Of a DNA stretch of 16,673 nucleotides, positions 1 through 8,505 are shown in pieces. The notes under the pieces are model-generated. The model had not been told where the DNA came from, ran no database searches, and saw nothing but the letters and a program-made list of their open reading frames with translations. Where the stretch lies: positions 1 to 16,673 of the forward strand of contig CAXIUT010000041.1 in the NCBI GenBank assembly GCA_964035545.1, given 5' to 3'. This DNA comes from Bugula neritina. Taxonomy: Eukaryota > Animalia > Bryozoa. The position numbers and the translations under genes were made by a program. Each line of letters opens with the position of its first letter. Within the stretch, counting starts at the first letter, position 1.

Positions 1-99
1 CCCAACCCCAACCCCAACCCCAACCCCAACCCCAACCCCAACCCCAACCCCAACCCCAACCCCAACCCCAACCCCAACCCCAACCCCAACCCCAACCCC
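1..99 (-). repeat. Left telomere, (CCCCAA)n, G-strand on minus
   Basis: Perfect C4A2 hexamer array from base 1 to 99, starting 5'-CCCAACCCC. C4A2/G4T2 is the Tetrahymena-type ciliate telomere repeat. Confidence 0.98.
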
Positions 100-148
100 T
101 GAATAAATAATATGAATATAATCGATCATATTTGAATATTGAGTTAGA

Positions 149-158
149 ATGAATATCA
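149..158 (+). promoter_or_regulatory. Candidate subtelomeric cis-element ATGAATATCA, 50 nt inside the left telomere
   Basis: The same motif occurs in the same orientation and distance relative to the other two telomere tracts (8373-8382, 16488-16497). Function is inferred. Confidence 0.5.
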
Positions 159-200
159 CATGAATTCTTATGATTTAGTTTTATCAATAATTTCAAAAAT

Positions 201-2402
201 ATGGACCCAGATACACCAGAAAATAAATAATCTACTTAAGATCCTTTCTCTACCTCCAAACTCTTCACATAAGCACTTTCACAGCAAAGCTCACATTATA
301 TTCAAAGTAAATTACTATCACTTCCAAAAGAAGCTCAAGATCTTAAAAAATTAGATCTTAGACATATGTGCGATACAGTAGTTCGATAATTAGAAGTTGT
401 CTAGCGATAAGCAGCCTACGATTATGTCAAAGTCAGCTAGTAACTATAAAATCTTGGATCTTAGCTAGTAGTAGCCGATGGAATCATGTAAGAACTCGAG
501 AATGTTTTGTATAATTTCAAAGATCACCTGGAATAAATAAAAAGCTAGATGACTTCACTACAATAAAAGTCTAATAAGATAAACACATCTCTTTCCAACA
601 AGAAAAAAGTACAAGGACTTCTCAGCAATTTTATATAAAGCGCAGTACTTTAAAAATAACTAATTGATGCCATTTGCACTTCATAAATAAACGACAACTA
701 TGTCAACCACATTAAGCTTCTTCTCAAAAAATTAAGTAGATCTATTTATAGATAGGCTATCTCAACCATAACTCCATTGCTCCTGATTCAAAAGCAGTTA
801 AATAACTTCAACCTGAATTATAAAAGTTAAAAGCAAGAGCATCAGTTAGGTTAAGATAATTTTTACTTTAACAAATAGCTCTTCTTAAAAAACCTAAAAC
901 CAATATCCAAATTGTACAAAAAAATGTACTAGGGAAATACAAAGTTTTTACTTAATTTTTCCAAGACCAAAATCCTCAAGTTATTTTTAAAATATCTAGG
1001 TCTACACCTAATTGTGCAATAACTATCGCTAAGTCATGGCTAAAATATACGTCAATAACTACAAAGTCTACCTTTCATAGATATAAAAACTTCAAGTCGA
1101 TCTCTACACCAAAACAGATCAACTTGTACCAAACTAACCTCAACATATAAGAACCTTCCTAAATCAAATCAAACCCACCAGTTTTAATCAAGACAAACGA
1201 AGTATCTTTGCGCTCATGAACAGAGATCGCATAATATAACAAAATGAGTAAATATTTAGTGATATAGATCGAGTGATGTCATTCTCTATAATGTAGCTAG
1301 TCAAAAAGGACAAAAGTTTACACTTTAACAAACTTTCAAGTCTATCAACAAATCATTAATTGATGGAGTTATCCACTAAACCATCTTCACTGCTTAATTT
1401 TTCAATCTACGCTCAGAAGGATCTATCTAACTGTTTGGCCCTCTCTTCAGACCAAGTGTTCAACTGTTTTTGGATCATCTGAAACATGCCATCTACAACA
1501 CTTATGATATCTATGCAGTATTGTTGATACTTGCTGTAAATGATAAAAATAGAAAAAATTTAACAGAAAAAGGATGTTCAGCTTTAGATCATTATTTCAG
1601 TCAAGTAGACATTTTACTATGGCCTAAATTTTAAGAACTATTTGAATTCCATCTAAAAACTCTTCAAGCTTGCACTCTTCAAAACTTCAAAAGAATTTAA
1701 AAAGTTTCAACAACTAAAATCTTAATTGACAGATTCGTTGACTTTATCGTATCAATTTATCGACTCTACATTCATTTCTCAAGCAAATCTCTCATGATGG
1801 AGAAAAGACTACAAGCAATTCGTCGTTCTTTCCTTGAACTCGTCCTCAAAGGAAGAACATAATTTTAAAAATAAAGCTAAGGACTTGGATACTATCTATC
1901 AGTACTAGAACAGCTACATCATGCCTGTACCTCTGATCCTACTGTTGCCAGCTTCAAAGAATTTCATGTTTATCAAGCATAGCTCTAAAAATAAATCAGC
2001 AGTTATGCAGATAAGCTCATAAGCATTTACCTCAAAGACTTCTTCCCTGCACTTGATACTCTTATGCGAAAATATTCAAAAGAAGAAGGAGCAATCACCT
2101 AAGAATCAACTTTATCTATTCAAGGAACAGTTGATGTCAAAGCTCTTGAAAGCACTCTCATATAGGTATCAACCCAGTCAGTCGGAGGGAGACTAGCCAA
2201 GTTACTTGATTTCTGCGAACACCAACATGGAGGTTATACTTTGAAGTCACTGATTCGCAAATTTTCATCAGTATTTACTCGTTACTATGGAGAGATATAC
2301 AAATATGCAAAGGCAAACCACCCAGATGCAGCAAGTACAATGCTTCAGACACACGGAATGATAAAATAGCTGAAAAATACATTCAGCAAATACAATCCCT
2401 GA
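201..2402 (+). CDS. VPS52: Vps52 (GARP/EARP tethering complex subunit), ~713 aa, 3 introns
   Basis: ATG 201 to TGA 2400-2402 is open with TAR=Glu after removing GT-AG introns 736-755, 980-999 and 1248-1267 (each 20 nt). Vps52 hallmark segments: DLRHMCDTVVRELEVVEREAAYDYV, IKSEMTSLQEKS, ELEKLKARASVRLREFLLEQIALLKKPKTNIQIVQ, RSIFAL, HETIFTAEFF, YDIYAVLL, LLWPKF. Confidence 0.93.
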
Positions 2403-2416
2403 TCTATAACTGATAT

Positions 2417-5400
2417 ATGAATTCTGTACCACATCCATAAGACTCATTAGACAATTTGAGTAACCTACAAATCAACAGACAAAGACAACTACAAGCACAA
2501 GTTAAACAACAGTTCACGAGAGGACTAGAAAAACTACAAACTGCCTAAACTAGATAAATTGTATCTCCATCTCTACTCAGGCCATCACATAACTCAAAAA
2601 ATTAATTGATCAGTATCGATAACCATAGTTTCTTAGAGGATATATTGCTATTCTCAAAAGTCTTAAGCCCAACTCAAACAGTGCTACTAAATAGCATTAA
2701 ATATTAGTCATATCCATCCTCGCACAAATATTCAAAAAAGATCTACAAGATCCTGTCGATAAACCTCCCTCATTATGCAAAACAACCTTCAGATTAGTTG
2801 AAATCATGCATGGATATTTCAATGATCACAGTCCAACAGTGCAACAGGCATGTGCAAGAGCATTAATGGATCTCAATACTCACTGTCTATCAGAATAAAC
2901 AGTCTAAACCATATTTTCAATCATTTACGCTCCTCTTATCTGTAAATCTTTTTTGATTTAGCAATTCTTAAATCAGGCGTTGATAAAGGATCACAAGCAA
3001 CAGCTTCATCATGCCTTTCAGAACTTATTAACTACAATCGTCGAATAGGAGCCAAGTAGCTTCTGAAAAGACTTTCTCCATAAATGTTAAGCGCAATTTT
3101 AAGAGTAAATTCTGAATATCACTAACTATTTCAAGCAGTTTTAGGAATGATTTAATCATAAGGGCTATAATTTTTAGAAGGAAAAATAGTAAGTTTTCTT
3201 TCTAAAATAATATCAGTTATCAATGGAACTAGAGAAACACATTCAACAAATACAACAAATCTAAATTCATATATGGTATTAATCCAGTAAGTTAGTGTAA
3301 AGTCAACGTCTGTAAAATGATATAAAGAGTTGGAAAATTACTACCTTTATCAGAAAAATAAAAATTATACGAACTAAGAATACCAGAGGCACTTCAACAG
3401 GCTTCTAGACATAGAATTATACAAGTGCAGCTAGCAGCAGGAAAAGCTTTGAAAAGTTGGAAAGGATAATAAGTTTAATAATCACCTCCAAGATCAAGAG
3501 GACTATCAGTATAAATATATTAATATAGTCTTTAGAAGATAAAAGAAATAATAAAAAACTTTAAAGAAGCAAAAGTAAAGAATAGAGAATAAAAGCATAA
3601 AACTAATTAACTTTTATAAAAGAAGATCTTTAGAATTTAGTGAAAGGAGGTTGGGGAGCAAGTAATCGTGCAAAAAATTATGTCAAGAGAGGATCAGGTG
3701 TTGGAGGAGGACATATCAGTGGTTCTGAACATTCACCACAAAATAAAAGTGGAGGAAAATCACATAAAGAACATCTAGACTAACTTAGAGGATTCATAAA
3801 AAGAGGATCCCAATAAAATAAAAATATAGACAGATTTATAGGAATAGTAGGAACATAACCATAAAAAGGAAATTCACCACAAAGAGGTAATTCTCCACCA
3901 ACAAGAAATAAGTAATCACCTGTTAGAAACAAATCGCCAATTAAAGGAAAATCATCTGCTGGTCAATCGAAAAATAACAAATAAATGTCACCTTCTGGTG
4001 ATGAATTAGGATTCGTATAAGACGAAGGATAGCAAATGGTATATATTCCTTAAACAAAAAATATTCCAACAAAAAATGCCCAAAGAATGAGATCAGAATA
4101 ATCCAAATCAAAATAACAACAATTTAATCGTTCTGAACCAAGAAACAACCAAAATACTCGTAAAAATCGATTTAACGATGTCGATATAAATTCAGAATAA
4201 GCCCAAGAATTACTAGGTCAATAGAAAATCCTTCTATAATAAGGCAAAAAAATGAACATAAATTTTACGAAAGTAAGTGAATAAGATAAACCGAATAAAA
4301 AGCAACAAAAAGCAATAAATGAATAAAATCCATCAATATCCTACAACTTATAATCACAAGGATACATGTACACTCCAAACGAATCAATAAAACAACAACC
4401 TAAATAAAAATCCCCAACATTTAAAAAGTTAAGTGCCTAGGAGTTGGGAGAACTAGTATAGGAATATAATTTATCACAGGTTAGTTAGAATTTAAATGAT
4501 ATATTGAATTAAAGTGATTTGAAGAGTTTTCAAGCATCTAAAAATGAAATGGTTGATTCTAGAATATTATAACCTACACAAGGGAAATCATAAATTAATT
4601 CTATGAAATAAATTGTAGCAGATAAAAAAAATAAAAAAAGTGCTATCAGCAAATTCTTCAAAAAATAACCATAACTTTCATAAAAAATCATAGAAAAATA
4701 AATATAAAATCAACCAAATATCAATATCAAATAATAATTTAACATAAATAAACCCAAATAAATATTCTAACAACCAGTAGTAGCATCTCTCAATTTCACA
4801 TAAAGTCAATAGAGTAGAACTAAATCACCATAAAAACGATAAGATATTCAATTCACTCTCAATCCCAAAGATAAATTTAGTTCTATCTAAGAACAACCAC
4901 AATCAAATTCAAAATAAATATAATAATAAATAGCCATGAGTTAATATTAATAATCATATCCCAGAGATCAACCTCTCCCTGTTATTCTACCCAAAATAGC
5001 ACCTATTACACAAATTCCACTGAGGCATTCAGCCGTACAACCTATCTATTAACAGCAATAGTCTCCACATAGCCAATATGACTATATCAAGGAGATAAAC
5101 AACATAGTAAAAGCTCCACCTAAATTACCATCAATGTAGTAAAGATAATAGCCTAAATAATAAAAAGTAGCCTATCAAAATTTGATAAAAAATCCACCTA
5201 AATCAAAATTGACCTAAAACAGCAAAATAAAAGCAAGTAAAATAACACAAAGTCATCAATAAAAAAGCAGAATCACATAAAAATCAGCATAACTAGAAAA
5301 TATATCAGTCAACTGGCTTAATATCCTAGATCAAATTCATTAAGGATAAATCAACTAAGCCTATGAAGAAGCTCTCAATCTAGGTATCTATCTCATTATT

Positions 5401-5714
5401 TAGATGATCCTATCTATCTGTTAAGACTTATGCTTTTAAGTAAATTACCTATGAAAAAATTATCCACTCATACCTTCCAAAAAGTATGGAGAAAATTCAT
5501 GGAAATATATTCTCAAAAATTTATTGATGTACTTACTGTAAGTTTACTAGGATAGGCAAACTAACTAGAACTCCTTTCTAAATGCTTATCAGTATAAGAA
5601 CTACAAGATGCAATGGTAGGTCTCTTTGATCTAAGCGGATCCTCAAAAGGAAAACTTAGCTACAAAGCAGCCACTCTCTACAACGATATTGAAAAGAAAG
5701 TACACCCAGAATGA
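2417..5714 (+). CDS. TORTIFOLIA1/SPIRAL2-like microtubule-associated HEAT-repeat protein, ~1065 aa, 5 introns
   Basis: ATG 2417 to TGA 5712-5714 is open after removing 20-nt introns 2561-2580, 2942-2961, 3276-3295, 3509-3528 and 5384-5403. The N-terminal HEAT region (VKQQFTRGLEKLQTAETREIAITELKKLI...VQQACARAL...HRIIQVQLAAGKALKSWK) and C-terminal domain (WLNILDQIHEGEINEAYEEALNLDDPIYLLRLM) resemble plant TOR1/SPR2. A long low-complexity linker separates them. Confidence 0.75.
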
Positions 5715-5898
5715 TATTTTGTTTCTTATTTAAGAAATTAATCGTTTTTTCACTTGTTTGAGTTGATCAAAAATTATATATATTTTTTGGTAGCTTAATA
5801 ATAGTTTATAATGAATAAAGTCTATATTTTTCTATTTGAATAGAATTAGAAGTTTAGATGATTTGAAATTTAATTTACTAATTATTATTTTTTAGAGA

Positions 5899-7323
5899 AT
5901 GACAGAAACCGCTAGAACAGAAATTAGTATTTCCTTCAACAAAGAACACAACCACGACACAGACTCTTCTCTCAATCGCAGCCAAGGACCATAAATCGAC
6001 AATCTAAACCCATCCAAGTTCTCCAAAAAGAGAATAGGACCCTATTGTTATCGACTCAGCGATGTAATCGGTAGTGGTTTCAGCAGTACAGTTTACAAAG
6101 GAGTTAAAGACAAAGATAAAAATCAACTAGTTGCTATTAAAGTAGTTCAAATGAAAGACATGAAAGCTCATAGAAGGCAACTTCTATAAACATAAATAAA
6201 AATTCTAAAAACAGTCAGCCATCCCAACCTCCTATCATTTAAAGACTACTACTACACCTCCAACAACTGCTACATCATCACATAGTTCTGCGAAGGAGGC
6301 TCTCTTCAAACTGTCATCGACAAAAATTCAAATTTAGACTGGAGACAGCCAGCCTACTAAGTCAGCATCGCCTGCCAATACCTTGCTAACCTCAACATCG
6401 TCCACAGAGACATAAAACCAAGCAACGTGCTTCTAAAAGATGGAGTATACAAGTTATCAGATTTTGGTTTTTCCTGCAAAATTGAACCTAACGAATCCAT
6501 CAAAGAAAAGTATCTGATTGGAAGTCCACTATATATGCCCAAGGAATCTCTATCTGATCATATATATTCAAGTAAAAGTGATTCATTTGCTTTAGGCGTT
6601 CTTTTGTTCTATCTGGCATCTAGACATTTTCCATGGAAAGGTAAAAATTAGACTTCTCTGATAGAACATTATTAAAATAAAAAAATAAGAAAAAACTTTA
6701 TAGAACATCTAGCGCCCAGAGTCAAACACCTCATTTTAAATCTATTATAACAATAAAAATCAAAAAGAATTCATCTTTCTGATTGTAATTTCGAAGTATT
6801 TTTACATCTAGGACTTCCTAAAATCATAGACGACCAACTTGCACCCCTATCCAACTGCTACACAGAACAACTCAAATTATGCCAATACATCCACTCAATA
6901 CTCCTCAACTGCGATGCAATAGCCTGGACAAATTCTTTCCTAAAAAACTTTATTAAAAGACATCTCAATAGTTTGACTTTTGCCTTCAAATGGCATTCTC
7001 ATTCAGGTCTGTATTCAGTTAGACAGATATATCAATTGCCATAAGAAAATCCTGTTTTTTCTTCTGATGATTATTATTGGTTGAATAACTGTCTCAAAGA
7101 TACGATTGGAGTGTTGTTAAGTTATGATGGATAATTTCTTCAAGTAATGCTGGAAAAGTTGTTAAAATACCAAAAAATAATAGAAGCTTTTCTTTTTGAA
7201 TCTCAAGAATAAATAGTCAAAAGAATTAACATACTAGTACTTAACACTAACTTCAGTTTGATAAAACCAGATGAAATTTATATTAAGGAAACCATGAACA
7301 CCTTTGATTTTTACTAGCTTTGA
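5899..7323 (+). CDS. Ser/Thr protein kinase, probably ULK-like ciliate family, ~474 aa, no introns
   Basis: Continuous frame with TAR=Glu. Motifs: Gly-loop IGSGFSSTVYKG, VAIK, alphaC LLETEIKIL, HPN, CYIITEFCEGG, HRDIKPSN, DFG, GSPLYMPKE, KSDSFALG, followed by a C-terminal helical extension. The subfamily call is inference. Confidence 0.92.
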
Positions 7324-7342
7324 TATTGACTTCTTTATTTAT

Positions 7343-7911
7343 ATGAACTCCTCTCACCGTTTGTTGTTGTCATCTTACCTGTTTAGAGGCGTATTTAGAG
7401 GTTTGGGCGAGAGATAGGAAGGGTGATGGGGTTTTAAGGAAGGGATATGAAAATAGGTTAGTCGGGTAGAAGAAGAGAGTTTATATAAAAAATTAGAGGT
7501 TGGAAGAATGGTGGTTATAATTGATTTAATTTCCCATGCCTAAGAAAATAAAGAGTTAGAGTTGTTCGTCAGGATGGTGTCAGAACCATCTTTTCGAACT
7601 ATTGCCTCTTAAGAACTTCAATTGCTACTACAGAAAAAAATTAAAACTAAGACTTTGTCCCAAATACCTAACGTAACTTAAACGACATTCAGTTCTTCCA
7701 ATAAATTTATCAAAACCATGCCCACCATCAACTAAGATCAAAAACACTATACACCCTGCTTCATCCTCCAATAAGAAAAAGTAAATTTGCAATCATAAAG
7801 AACTACTACGAAGAACACGACTAAAAACTGTTAAAAAGCCATAAAATGAAATTGGAATAACCAAGTAGCAATACAATTGTATTTTATTTTAGATCATTTA
7901 ACCAAAAATGA
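7343..7911 (+). CDS. Hypothetical protein; 5' exon structure unresolved; possibly the N-terminal part of the DBF4-zinc-finger gene
   Basis: The frame is open from ~7460 (VGRMVVIIDLISHAEENKELELFVRMVSEPSFRTIASEELQLLLQK...PCFILQEEK), continues through a 20-nt GT-AG intron at 7781-7800, and ends at TGA 7909-7911. ATG 7343 needs one or more introns between 7359 and 7498 that cannot be placed uniquely. Confidence 0.5.
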
Positions 7912-7938
7912 CATTTTTTATTTTTTATTATTATTCAG

Positions 7939-8227
7939 ATGGTAGCCAATCACGGTAGAAAAAAGAATTATTGTTCAGTTTGTAAATAAGAATATGAAGA
8001 TTACCTAGAAGTACATATTTTGATAAAGATAGCATATTGATGATATGAAACATAGATTAACTTTGAGAAATAATAGATTTTCAAAACATATATTATAAGT
8101 ACAAAATGAGATGATGGCTTAAATAAATTAAAAACAAAAATAAGTATAACCTTTAGAAATACCTCTTGAAGTTGTTTCCAAAAATACAGAATAAACCAAC
8201 TAAAATTAAAAAGTTGTCCTCCTCTGA
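7939..8227 (+). CDS. DBF4-type zinc finger (zf-DBF) protein or terminal exons, ~88 aa
   Basis: MVANHGRKKNYCSVCKEEYEDYLE|HIDDMKHRLTLRNNRF after removing a 22-nt intron (8011-8032) matches the zf-DBF pattern KxxYCxxCxxxYxDxxxHxxxxxH. TGA at 8225-8227. Confidence 0.75.
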
Positions 8228-8372
8228 AAAAAATATCAAGAGAAGATTGAACTTTTATGTTCTATTGATTGTTCATCTTCAATTAAACAACTATACTTAT
8301 CTTTGTTAATTCTAGTCTTAAAAGATTTTAAAAGCATTAACTAGTAGTTGATGCCATAATTAACTGATACCT

Positions 8373-8382
8373 TGATATTCAT
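8373..8382 (-). promoter_or_regulatory. Candidate subtelomeric cis-element ATGAATATCA, 49 nt inside the internal telomere tract
   Basis: The reverse complement of tgatattcat is identical to 149-158 and lies at the same offset from a telomere. Confidence 0.5.
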
Positions 8383-8430
8383 GATTATTATTGACTTTTG
8401 ATATAATTAACTTATTTTATCACTATTCAT

Positions 8431-8505
8431 GGGGTTGGGGTTGGGGTTGGGGTTGGGGTTGGGGTTGGGGTTGGGGGTTGGGGTTGGGGTTGGGTTGGGG
8501 TTGGG
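8431..8505 (+). repeat. Internal (GGGGTT)n telomeric tract, the right end of the 1-8505 molecule
   Basis: 75 nt of G4T2 with one G5 and one G3 variant, in right-end orientation. It is not followed by a C4A2 tract. Confidence 0.96.

Noticed and set aside
160-354. 64-aa ORF from the track
   Set aside because: It is an off-frame overlap. The Vps52-like frame starts at 201.
6187-6360. Standard ciliate code (UAR=Gln) or split code (UAA=Lys, UAG=Glu)
   Set aside because: TAA occupies the invariant kinase alphaC Glu and Vps52 REF/EFF positions and interchanges with GAA in a repeat. One TAA at 6358 could fit Gln or Glu but is outweighed.
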